In this document: in pieces, positions 9,713 to 18,577 of the stretch
Layout: the number at the start of each line of letters is the position of its first letter
Numbering within the stretch: the first letter of the stretch is position 1
Sequence record: NC_061441.1
Direction: 5' to 3' (one strand)
DNA: 64,000 nt
Position numbers and translations under genes: made by a program
Notes under the pieces: generated by a model
Seen by the model: the letters and a program-made list of their open reading frames with translations, nothing else
Told to the model about the DNA's origin: nothing
Database searches by the model: none

Positions 9713-10795
9713 TTAGCAATCACAACCTACTGAGTCGAAATCCAGTTTCAGGCCAGGATAGAGTTGGTTAAACTCCTCCAGAGGCATATTGAAACCCGCA
9801 GCACTAACATGTCCATCACCACCGCGCGAACGTGCGATGAAACGAGCACTACCCGCATGACCTTCAGGATAACCTTTAGAACGGCAGCTAACGTAAACCT
9901 TTGTGGGGTCACGATGGCCCTTACGCACCAGCATCACTGTTTGGAAGTGAGCATAGTTGTCATAGACGTAAGTGCCTGTCTCGGATGCAATGCCCTTATC
10001 GCAAGGCACCACTGCATGTTTCACACCAATCAGATGATTGGGTTCCGAGAAGAAGCTGTTCGTTTCAATCAGACCGCGAATTACTTCGTTGCGTTCTTCG
10101 ATAGCGACAAAACCTTGTGCGATGATCTGTTCGATATCACCAGACAGGATAATCTTGTACGCAGCGCGAACGGTAGGAGGCATGTCAGTGTAGAAGCGAC
10201 CACACTTCTCAACTTCCTTGAATACGTCCTTAACGTAGCCTTCATAGAAAGCGAAAGCACGTTCATTGGTACGAATCCACAGGTCACGGTCAGACACCAG
10301 TTGCGCCATGCGAATGATGTTATCAGTGCAGGCATATTGGTGTTGCTGGAAGTCAGATACGTGCGCCATGTAGGCAAGCAGAGTACCACTACCACCAGCT
10401 TTGAACGTCAGGTCGAGAGGCGATACACCCAGCGCAGCACATTCTTTGGCATACAGCTCTGGTTCACGGCAATCATGGTGGTCAAGCACCTTGAAGTTAC
10501 CGCCAAAGCGTTTTGTCATGACTGCCATCTGGCGCTCAGTCAGAGAGAAGTCAACAACGACAACGCGCGTGTAGCCTGTTGGGTTTTTAATGAAATCGCC
10601 TTTATCGTCTTTGATACCTTCGAGACCCTTCATGTCTTCGAACTTAGTACCTTCGGCGTCAACGATATCTCCCTGGTCATTCGCGTAGACAGCAGGGAAG
10701 AAGTGGAGAGTATCGTTCGGGTACGCAAGTGCTGTAATGGCAGCGGCGAAACTACCATCAGCACATCCTTGATGATAGACAACAAGTGTAGTCAT
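9713..10795 (-). CDS. DHH/DHHA1 family phosphoesterase
   Basis: YHQGCADG, VVVVDFS, VLDHH and GDGHVSAAGF motifs. Confidence 0.85.
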   Translation of the reverse strand: MTTLVVYHQGCADGSFAAAITALAYPNDTLHFFPAVYANDQGDIVDAEGTKFEDMKGLEGIKDDKGDFIKNPTGYTRVVVVDFSLTERQMAVMTKRFGGNFKVLDHHDCREPELYAKECAALGVSPLDLTFKAGGSGTLLAYMAHVSDFQQHQYACTDNIIRMAQLVSDRDLWIRTNERAFAFYEGYVKDVFKEVEKCGRFYTDMPPTVRAAYKIILSGDIEQIIAQGFVAIEERNEVIRGLIETNSFFSEPNHLIGVKHAVVPCDKGIASETGTYVYDNYAHFQTVMLVRKGHRDPTKVYVSCRSKGYPEGHAGSARFIARSRGGDGHVSAAGFNMPLEEFNQLYPGLKLDFDSVGCDC

Positions 10796-10797
10796 TG

Positions 10798-11658
10798 TTA
10801 AACCCAGTGGTTATTGTGATTTGCTCCAGATTGGACGCTACGCATATGCTCAAGCATTTGGCGCAGGCCCGCCAGCGTCTGTTCTAACGACATGCGGTAT
10901 TGGTCAGAGGCAACGCTCTCTCCATAATGCAGTGAGAGAACGTACAGCGACCATTCTTCGGACTGGCGCAGGCGCTCCATTTTCTTATAGAGGTCTTGAC
11001 GGCGTTCACGCGCACGTAACAGACGCTCCATTAAATTAAGTGAATCGTGAGATTTTTTCAGCAACTCGATATGAATCGCGTCGAGCCCCTCATAGTCCAA
11101 ACGAATCACTGCCTCTTTTGCCTTAAGGAACAACTCGCGGCGCCGCTTCTGTTCTTCGGCAGGAAGATTGCGGCATTTGTCTGGATGCGTAATACGTGCG
11201 ATGATCTTATATAGCGCTTTGCACTTCTTACGTAGGATGGCTTTGGAGATTATCGCGTTAGACGCTTCACGGTCCGCTGCTTCTTCGTTGTCTTCCGTTT
11301 CGTGCTCGGTGTCCTGAACGAAGTTATCATCCATGAGCTTTTTCAGATCTTCTGCATTCGCCTGGTCTTCGAGATCGTCAGAGTCAGCCATCTGCAACAT
11401 CAAGGCTTGAATCTGATTGTTAGTGATCTCAATCTCGGCGATGATTGGACGGTGTGTTGCATTGAGTCCGTCCACCAGCTTTGTAACACGTTCGCAGTCT
11501 GCGCCGTAACGCAGTTCAAGCGCGGCAACTTCTTCGAGAATCTCATCGAGAGTTTCGCCTGTCGCTTCTTCAAACTGCTGTACTTCTTCTGCCAGGTCCA
11601 TGTTTGGTGGAACTGGTACTGGGAGTTGAGGGATAACCATCAACTGTGTATTTGTCAT
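10798..11658 (-). CDS. J-domain (DnaJ-like) protein with coiled-coil N-terminus
   Basis: KALYKIIARITHPDK contains the HPD motif in a J-domain helix context. Confidence 0.8.
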   Translation of the reverse strand: MTNTQLMVIPQLPVPVPPNMDLAEEVQQFEEATGETLDEILEEVAALELRYGADCERVTKLVDGLNATHRPIIAEIEITNNQIQALMLQMADSDDLEDQANAEDLKKLMDDNFVQDTEHETEDNEEAADREASNAIISKAILRKKCKALYKIIARITHPDKCRNLPAEEQKRRRELFLKAKEAVIRLDYEGLDAIHIELLKKSHDSLNLMERLLRARERRQDLYKKMERLRQSEEWSLYVLSLHYGESVASDQYRMSLEQTLAGLRQMLEHMRSVQSGANHNNHWV

Positions 11659-11849
11659 GGGCGCACAAGCTCCGAAATAGGTTTAGCTACCAGCTCTGCA
11701 ATGCGCTGTGGACATTGCGGGTTGCGCTTCAAGTTCTTGTGCAACCACTGCAAGTTGTTACCTGACGTAGATACCTCAGCACGGAAGCTGGGAAGTTTAA
11801 GCTCGTCACGGTGTTTGTTTAACAGCGCATTCAGTTCGTTCAGTAACAT
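11655..11849 (-). CDS. hypothetical protein
   Basis: 64 aa; AAGGA RBS; stop overlaps the next start. Confidence 0.55.
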   Translation of the reverse strand: MLLNELNALLNKHRDELKLPSFRAEVSTSGNNLQWLHKNLKRNPQCPQRIAELVAKPISELVRP

Positions 11850-11858
11850 CGTTTTTCC

Positions 11859-12479
11859 TTAAAGAGATGAGGTCATTAATTCGAGAACGTTTGATACCAC
11901 ATGCGCAGGCCCGATTGAAATACCAGTGTGCGCCTGCAGGTGAATACGTTTAGTGAATAGCTCTAACGGGTCTGGCCCGCCACCAGTCACTACGATGCGA
12001 GGTATCTTCGGGAACATCTCAAGGATATCGCGCAGTCGTTCAATCTTATAACTGGTGCTGTCCATTGTTACGTTTGTCAGCACCAACAACGATGGTCGTT
12101 TCTGTTTGAGTTGTTCGTAGTCGAAACGATCACCATACAACGTTACCCAGCGTGGCTTTAACGCAGTTGCCTCACTATCCTCTACTGCCGCATTGAAGAT
12201 AGACAACGCAGCCATCTTCGCACGATAATCATTTGGGAAACTACTGATCACCGTGATACGCGGGTCAAACGAGAAAGGGTTTTGAATCATCTTCGCAAGG
12301 TGCGTAAGCTGTTTGGTCTTACTTACTACCTTGCCTTTAAAGTAAGGCGACAGTGGCTTATAGTCCTGCGCGGCTTCGGCCACATCAAACTGTTCACGTT
12401 TACCGAATAATAGCTGTGGGTCAACGCCCAGAGTCTGCATCTGCTTTGCTACAGCAGGTTCAAAGTCAAATGTTAGCAC
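11859..12479 (-). CDS. possible degenerate DnaC/IstB-like (helicase loader-like) AAA protein
   Basis: hydrophobic strand LLVLTNV at a Walker B-like position, PRIVVT sensor-like strand, no intact Walker A; GTG start with GAGG RBS. Confidence 0.35.
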   Translation of the reverse strand: MLTFDFEPAVAKQMQTLGVDPQLLFGKREQFDVAEAAQDYKPLSPYFKGKVVSKTKQLTHLAKMIQNPFSFDPRITVISSFPNDYRAKMAALSIFNAAVEDSEATALKPRWVTLYGDRFDYEQLKQKRPSLLVLTNVTMDSTSYKIERLRDILEMFPKIPRIVVTGGGPDPLELFTKRIHLQAHTGISIGPAHVVSNVLELMTSSL

Positions 12480-12499
12480 AATACCCTCCGTTGTTCATG

Positions 12500-12862
12500 T
12501 TAGGTATTTACAGATTCTGGCGAGCGCTGCCACACAACGAATTTGACGTTCAGAGCCAGCTCCTCCGTTTCAGCAGCAAGCCTAGGCTCGTACTTATGTG
12601 CGTAGCCACGCAAACACTCAGGCCGGACTGCAAGCTGCACATTAATCTTTTGGATTGGGTTCGGCACCTGACTATATGAATGGTCTTCAATGATAACAAG
12701 GTTATCAATACGGAGAACACCAGGAACTTCAAACACTGTGGGCAGTATGCCTGGTTTGAATGCTGAACCCATAACTGTCTCATGGTATTCAACAAGCGCT
12801 TTAACCAACAAGCGGCCGGCAGACTGACTCAGTGTAAGATTGTACTCGGTACGGAATTCCAT
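12500..12862 (-). CDS. hypothetical protein
   Basis: 120 aa ORF with GGAG RBS. Confidence 0.55.
   Translation of the reverse strand: MEFRTEYNLTLSQSAGRLLVKALVEYHETVMGSAFKPGILPTVFEVPGVLRIDNLVIIEDHSYSQVPNPIQKINVQLAVRPECLRGYAHKYEPRLAAETEELALNVKFVVWQRSPESVNT
12505..12513 (-). promoter_or_regulatory. class 1 motif CTGTAAATA
   Basis: 26 nt upstream of start 12479; exact consensus. Confidence 0.55.
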
Positions 12863-12878
12863 GATGTTCTCCTTGATA

Positions 12879-13250
12879 TTACATCAGTGCCAGTTCAGGG
12901 TCGATATACGTGTACGAGAATACAACGTTCCAACCAGAAGCGGCATCTTTGTTTGGGTGATAGCGGAAGCCGTAGATCATCAGCTTGCCTTTAGTATCAG
13001 GCTCAAGCGTAGGCTCATACTCAAGCCACGCTGCTTCCAGCTTCATCTTCTCGGCAATGTCTTTCGACCAGCCATCGAAGTCATACGGACCTTCTGGTAC
13101 TTCCCACGACAGCGAATGCTTAGTCCAATGTTCGGCCTGCATATCAGTGTCTTTGGAAATCCAGTCGAGATGGGTAACGCCCATGTGATAAGCAATGGCA
13201 TGTGCGTAACCACGCTCTTTCATGTAGCGCTGTAGTTGATCAAGACGCAT
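12879..13250 (-). CDS. hypothetical protein (start moved to MRLDQ at 13250)
   Basis: ATG 13250 overlaps the 3' end of the upstream ORF; the longer annotated start would overlap it heavily. Confidence 0.55.
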   Translation of the reverse strand: MRLDQLQRYMKERGYAHAIAYHMGVTHLDWISKDTDMQAEHWTKHSLSWEVPEGPYDFDGWSKDIAEKMKLEAAWLEYEPTLEPDTKGKLMIYGFRYHPNKDAASGWNVVFSYTYIDPELALM

Positions 13251-13560
13251 TAGGCTGCTCCTTGTAGCGTGGGAATACAGTAACGCTAATGCGCGTAGTG
13301 TCCTTCTGGTACGGCTGTTCATCATGCGACACAAGCAGGACGTCGGTGACCTCCAGTGTGTTACGAATCAGAATAAGCAACTGACCTACAACGGACAAAG
13401 GATGGATGAAGTTAGAGACAACCATATTGATCTCAGTTACATGATCATGGTCGCCTACACTAACATCACCATCCCATTTTTCTACGTGCATACACGCACG
13501 GACAGCTTCACTCTTGAGCATATCCATATCGAGAGTGAAGGGTAATCGCTCTTTCATCAT
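13240..13560 (-). CDS. hypothetical protein
   Basis: 106 aa; AAGGAG RBS. Confidence 0.55.
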   Translation of the reverse strand: MMKERLPFTLDMDMLKSEAVRACMHVEKWDGDVSVGDHDHVTEINMVVSNFIHPLSVVGQLLILIRNTLEVTDVLLVSHDEQPYQKDTTRISVTVFPRYKEQPNAS

Positions 13561-13599
13561 AAACTCCTTATAGGCTGCTGAAAAGAGACAGTCTATAAA

Positions 13600-14064
13600 T
13601 TAGAGAGCGACACCCTTAAGGAACGTCCGAGCGAATTTAATGAAGATCTTTTGCTTGGCTTCGGGCAGCTTACGATAGCGTTGGAGAATGTCCTCCAGCG
13701 AGTCGTCTTCCGATAGATCAACAGGCGAGACTACACCTTCTTCGCCTTTGTGCCAGTTTGCTTTCGTGACAGTTAACAGGAACGTGCCTCGAACTTCTTC
13801 CGCAACGCGCTCACCAGGACCACCTACAGGAACACGCACCTTAGTGTGATCGATATCAGCAATGCGCTGGATAGCAACACCATCTGGGAACTGGGCGAAC
13901 ACCTCAGTCAGATCGATATCGGCTTCGTTGTTCGGCGCAGGGTTTTTAGCAGTGAACGCCACGCGAAACGTAATGCCACCATCAACGTCATACTGACCGT
14001 CGAAGATGATCTTTTTGTTTGCGCGTAGCGTGTTGCAGATTAGAGTATGCAGTGAATCAAACAT
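13600..14064 (-). CDS. hypothetical protein
   Basis: 154 aa; GAGG RBS; C-terminal helix resembles XRE-regulator tails. Confidence 0.55.
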   Translation of the reverse strand: MFDSLHTLICNTLRANKKIIFDGQYDVDGGITFRVAFTAKNPAPNNEADIDLTEVFAQFPDGVAIQRIADIDHTKVRVPVGGPGERVAEEVRGTFLLTVTKANWHKGEEGVVSPVDLSEDDSLEDILQRYRKLPEAKQKIFIKFARTFLKGVAL

Positions 14065-14065
14065 G

Positions 14066-14554
14066 TTACTTCCTCAGATAGTCGGCCAGCATTTCAACAT
14101 GATTACGAATCATCTTTCTCTGGTCGATAGTGAGCTTGCTGAAAGGCGGCAGGTCTGGATAGATTCCCTGCATCGCCAGATACGTTGTCTGGATATTGCG
14201 CTTAGGTGCAGGCTCTTCTCCAACCGCAAAGATACAGTCTTTGAATAAATACGATGGAGGGCAGCCAAATGGAGTGTCCAGAACCTCAATGAGGCCACAT
14301 CCAAGTAGCATCAGACAGTTACCTAAAGTCTTACGCACATCACTCATACCTAAGACGGACAGCTTTTCGTAGGTAGCATCAACAATGCTGGTGGCTGCAC
14401 CTTCGATAGAAATTTTGACTGTCACGTCCAGAGTCGCCGTGGCCGCACCCAATACGGACTGGTGCACAAGAGTAATGCCCTCCTCCGCGAGGGCACGCCG
14501 CAATAAAGTTTCAAGGTCTCCGTGCGGCTTGGATTGCACTTCATGAAGATTCAT
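14066..14554 (-). CDS. hypothetical protein, possibly HTH-like
   Basis: 162 aa; translationally coupled to the helicase gene. Confidence 0.5.
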   Translation of the reverse strand: MNLHEVQSKPHGDLETLLRRALAEEGITLVHQSVLGAATATLDVTVKISIEGAATSIVDATYEKLSVLGMSDVRKTLGNCLMLLGCGLIEVLDTPFGCPPSYLFKDCIFAVGEEPAPKRNIQTTYLAMQGIYPDLPPFSKLTIDQRKMIRNHVEMLADYLRK

Positions 14555-16155
14555 CAGAATCGCCTCATACCTAAGTTAGACGGCTGGCCTTTCACACGCG
14601 CTTCTGGTTCAAAGAAATCTGGCAGTTCTCCATCGAGCGCTTCTTCTCTCGACACGACCCCCATCCAGTCACGCAGTTTCTTCGGTGTACGCTTCGCTTT
14701 CGCGTAACCAAACTTCCAGCACATCTTGAGAACTGAACGAGCACACTGCATCGAACGGTCCATCTTAGGATCAATGAACATACGAATAACAGGTGTGCGT
14801 TTGTTTTCCATCGGCGTCAGAATACGGCACGATTCCTGTTTCCAGTTCGGTTCGTTATTCATTGGCATGATGTAGTACAGCGTGTCCCACTTCGGAACGT
14901 TCAGGCCGCGCTGCATCAATTTCCTCATACCGACGACACAACGAATCTTACCTTCACGCGCTGCATCAATGATTGGCTTACGCCGCTTCGCCTCTTTCGC
15001 ACCTCCGAGGAACACGGCCGCGACTTCTTCCATGTAATGCTCATTGATACGCTGCACCAGACGACGAGCCTGATCAGTGAACATAATAGGTATCGCAATA
15101 CTTCGACCAGCATCGAGGTCTTTGATAATCCATTCAAAGATTTTGTCGTTACGGTCTGGATGATTTGCGAGGAACTTACAGAAGCGCACCCAACCACTTT
15201 TGTTGTTGTAGTTCGCTTTCGACTGCACACGCGATGAGGTCTTGTGCAATGTTACTTTCGGCACAAGCTCTTCCACGAATGCTTCGGCAATCACAGGCCC
15301 GAAGATAGATTCAATCAGGTAGTGACGTCCGTCTTTACGCTTAGGTGTTGCAGTCAGGCCAAAACGATACTTCATCTTGAGCGAGGCCAGTACGCGGCTG
15401 TAGCAGCTTGCGTTACCAGCGTGACACTCATCGACGAACAACGTACCGTAGTTCTCGTTCAGCAACTTGAGTCGCTTCTTCGAGTTCTTACTGTCAGAGA
15501 TCAACGACTGATAGGTCACCAGAATGATCTGGAAGTTCTTATAGTCATCGAGAGTTTTAGGGAAGCCATACAGCTTCTTACCTGTCTTCTCCTCCAGCTC
15601 TGGCAGGTTCGTCATCTGCTCGATAGTCTCCAAGAAACCATCAAGGAAGTCTTTCTGGTCAGCCATAATGACTGTACGGAATCCAGAGTGACACGCACCA
15701 GCAGTACCGATAACTGTCTTACCAGAACGAGGCGGTGCTTTAAACACACCACACAGTTCGCCGAACATCTTCTCGAACGGCTCTTCCTGATAATCACGCA
15801 GCTTACCAGTGAACTTCACTTTATAGTCGAATGGCACACGGCTCGTACCATTGACGAACTTCACTTCTTTCAGGCTTAACCCTGCTGTACGTTCGAAGCG
15901 GTGCATCTCGCCGTAAGGAATCGAAACGTAACGCTTACCCTTAATGTCAGAGTATTTGGCCAGCACGGTTATATCAACCAGTCCACCTTTAGAACACTGA
16001 CGGCATTCTTCGGACGGACGTATAGAACGAAACTCACAGTTCTTACAAGCGGCGTTGTCGAACTCGTAGTGAGTCATCTTCTTGATGATGTTGTCAGCGT
16101 CTACATGCTTAACAGGAATGTGCAGACGGCTATCGACCAATACTTTGGCAGTCAC
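14554..16155 (-). CDS. superfamily 2 DNA helicase (UvsW/XPB-like)
   Basis: APPRSGKT (Walker A), LFVDECH (DExH), GLTATPKR (motif III), RGLNVP (motif V). Confidence 0.9.
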   Translation of the reverse strand: MTAKVLVDSRLHIPVKHVDADNIIKKMTHYEFDNAACKNCEFRSIRPSEECRQCSKGGLVDITVLAKYSDIKGKRYVSIPYGEMHRFERTAGLSLKEVKFVNGTSRVPFDYKVKFTGKLRDYQEEPFEKMFGELCGVFKAPPRSGKTVIGTAGACHSGFRTVIMADQKDFLDGFLETIEQMTNLPELEEKTGKKLYGFPKTLDDYKNFQIILVTYQSLISDSKNSKKRLKLLNENYGTLFVDECHAGNASCYSRVLASLKMKYRFGLTATPKRKDGRHYLIESIFGPVIAEAFVEELVPKVTLHKTSSRVQSKANYNNKSGWVRFCKFLANHPDRNDKIFEWIIKDLDAGRSIAIPIMFTDQARRLVQRINEHYMEEVAAVFLGGAKEAKRRKPIIDAAREGKIRCVVGMRKLMQRGLNVPKWDTLYYIMPMNNEPNWKQESCRILTPMENKRTPVIRMFIDPKMDRSMQCARSVLKMCWKFGYAKAKRTPKKLRDWMGVVSREEALDGELPDFFEPEARVKGQPSNLGMRRF

Positions 16156-16157
16156 AT

Positions 16158-16709
16158 CTATTTCCTTGAGTTCGGCAGACCGTACTCACGCTGATTGATC
16201 AGGCTCATCGTATCAACCAGTGCGCGATAAGCAAAGCCACACTTGTCGATATCCTTGATATACAAATCAAGTTCCTCTTTGAGCAAATCAAGTTGATCAG
16301 CGTAACGGTAATACTCCGCCATAATGTTTCTGACACAACGCTCACGCTCTTTGGCGGCGCCGACGGCTTTCAGATCTTTTGCATACGTGACCGAAGCGTA
16401 ATCCTGAAATCGTTCCAACATGTCATTTAACAGTTTCGAGGCTGCGTGAACATGCGTCATAATCTCAGTCATACGGCTTCTGTACGATTGATCTTGAATT
16501 ATCGACTCAGCCACCTTGTTGAGAGCGTTAGGGTCACCAGAGACATTCAGCGTTCTGACTTTACGAATCTTAAACAACTGCCGAGCTTCATCCTGATACT
16601 CTGCTAATGGCAGTTGAAACAGATCGTTGGTCTTATAGATATCGCGCAACTTTTTGTAGCGCTTATCCTCTTTGACCTTTAATCGTATACGCTTTAGGTC
16701 GTCCATCAA
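16158..16709 (-). CDS. coiled-coil protein (position and size reminiscent of a UvsY-like mediator)
   Basis: 183 aa, all-helical, adjacent to the UvsW-like helicase; function call is inference. Confidence 0.4.
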   Translation of the reverse strand: MMDDLKRIRLKVKEDKRYKKLRDIYKTNDLFQLPLAEYQDEARQLFKIRKVRTLNVSGDPNALNKVAESIIQDQSYRSRMTEIMTHVHAASKLLNDMLERFQDYASVTYAKDLKAVGAAKERERCVRNIMAEYYRYADQLDLLKEELDLYIKDIDKCGFAYRALVDTMSLINQREYGLPNSRK

Positions 16710-17140
16710 TCACCTCTATCGGTTACCAACAAAGGACTGTCTGGAGTCTTGTGCGGCATAGCGAAGAAACTACCATGCTCATCACGATACACCAACAGAC
16801 CTCCAGATGACCCTTCAATCGGGCAGGTAAAGTTAAATATCTTTTCAAGAGGCGGCATATAGCTAACAGACACGTCATTAAACGTGCACCACTTGGCAGA
16901 CACTTCAATCAACGAACCAACGACGGTATCGGCAAGGCGCAGGTAAGACTGCTTGAAGTGGTAACTATGTTCGATAGGAGCCACACTATCAATCGTCAGC
17001 TCATCACCGTACACAGCCTTATAAATTAGGCAGAAGCGGCGACGGCCACGAGGAGCATTCGGTATTTCATACAGTACATCATGTATGAGTGAAGAAACGT
17101 CCCCACAGAGGACGTTTTTCTTGACCACCAGATTGATCAT
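16706..17140 (-). CDS. hypothetical protein
   Basis: 144 aa; ATGA overlaps on both sides. Confidence 0.55.
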   Translation of the reverse strand: MINLVVKKNVLCGDVSSLIHDVLYEIPNAPRGRRRFCLIYKAVYGDELTIDSVAPIEHSYHFKQSYLRLADTVVGSLIEVSAKWCTFNDVSVSYMPPLEKIFNFTCPIEGSSGGLLVYRDEHGSFFAMPHKTPDSPLLVTDRGD

Positions 17141-18315
17141 GCTGGCAGGTAACCGAAGTACAACAGCGTGTGTGTATCGAACTTGTAGTTCAGGCTGAAT
17201 GCGTTCAGGCTATTGATGCTGCTGCCATGGAAGCCCATGTTGTGGCGTTCTTCACGACCGATGTTACGCAGCAACTCACGGATGATACGCATATCGAGAG
17301 CAGTAGTGAACTCCTTCTCGATTGGTTTCGCCAGCTTGAGACTGTCCTGTACGCTGCCGCTATCGTTACCAAACTTGAGTCGAAACTCTTGCTTCTTAAC
17401 GTGGAGCTTCGCGTTCGTGTTACCCTTCTTCTCAATCAACGTCGAGATGTTGGCGAACGGTGCAGACAGGTCACCTTTGATTACACAACCCAGAATCGGT
17501 TTACCGAGTTGTGCAATCATGTTGTCCATGTAGCGGTAGTCTTCATCGCTCGCCTGAATCGGAGGCAGAGTCAGTACGAACGATTCCGCTTCGGCAGCAA
17601 ACGAACTGCTATCAACATGGAACGTTACCTTCTCCTCACCGCAGAAGCGATACACCAGATCGAACATCTCGCCAGTCATACTGAAACGGAACGGCTTCAC
17701 TTTCTTTTTCAGTTCCGAACGATAACGAGAAGACGTCCAGTGACCAGGACTAACGAGCGACAGACTTGTACCGTCACAGATAACGCGACACATAACAGTC
17801 TGACCGGTGATGGTATCTTTCAGGCGAGTCAGCTTAACGCCTTGAGTCATCGCGTCGATTACTTCACGCGTCATCTCATGGCCACCTTCGATATGGTGAT
17901 GCAGACCCTGTTCAACCATCGGGATTTGTTCGGCGGACACAGGACGCAATTTAAGCTCGGCCTTGTATTTACCTTTCTGTTCGCTGATGTGCAGCACCTT
18001 ACCGTCGAACTCAACGTCCAGCTCTTTACGCTTGTTGATCAAGCCAGTCAACTGAATCGGGTCGATGTTCATAACCGTATCGGCGTCAGCAGTTGCGCCA
18101 GGTACCAGATACGCAACGAAGGTATCTGGAGTACGGCCCAACACGAACACGTCAGACTTGTACGTTACCAGCAGATGGATATGCGTCAACTTATCGTCCG
18201 ACTCAGAGAAGCGCGTTACCAGATCAACACGTTTCAGAATGTCTGACAGGAAGCTACCATTCAGTGTCAGGTTGCACTTCTTAGCGGGGTTCTTCGGCAG
18301 TCGGCAAGTCTTCAT
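17137..18315 (-). CDS. dnaN: DNA polymerase III beta-like sliding clamp
   Basis: 392 aa; three-domain alpha/beta periodicity similar to beta clamp; next to the DNA polymerase; gamma/tau-like loader in the same window. Confidence 0.6.
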   Translation of the reverse strand: MKTCRLPKNPAKKCNLTLNGSFLSDILKRVDLVTRFSESDDKLTHIHLLVTYKSDVFVLGRTPDTFVAYLVPGATADADTVMNIDPIQLTGLINKRKELDVEFDGKVLHISEQKGKYKAELKLRPVSAEQIPMVEQGLHHHIEGGHEMTREVIDAMTQGVKLTRLKDTITGQTVMCRVICDGTSLSLVSPGHWTSSRYRSELKKKVKPFRFSMTGEMFDLVYRFCGEEKVTFHVDSSSFAAEAESFVLTLPPIQASDEDYRYMDNMIAQLGKPILGCVIKGDLSAPFANISTLIEKKGNTNAKLHVKKQEFRLKFGNDSGSVQDSLKLAKPIEKEFTTALDMRIIRELLRNIGREERHNMGFHGSSINSLNAFSLNYKFDTHTLLYFGYLPA

Positions 18316-18577
18316 CTCTATCCTCTAAAACAAATTGTAGTGTGCCCTGTATATTTACAGCTTCAAGGCGCTTACCTGTAGGCATTAACAGGCCATTCAA
18401 CACACCCAGCATATCAGCGCTGTGGCAGTCAGGTGCTATCTGGTGAACGTAGATATCATCAGGCACATCACCTGGGTTAAGCTGCCAAGCAGTACGCAAG
18501 GCAGCACCCATGAATGCCGGACGCTCTACCAGATGCCTGTTCAAAAATGAACATACGTCTTCGGCGCTCAACGTCAT
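18281..18577 (-). CDS. hypothetical protein
   Basis: 98 aa; ATGA overlap with the polymerase stop. Confidence 0.45.
   Translation of the reverse strand: MTLSAEDVCSFLNRHLVERPAFMGAALRTAWQLNPGDVPDDIYVHQIAPDCHSADMLGVLNGLLMPTGKRLEAVNIQGTLQFVLEDRDEDLPTAEEPR
18352..18360 (-). promoter_or_regulatory. class 1 motif CTGTAAATA
   Basis: 37 nt upstream of the clamp start. Confidence 0.55.
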
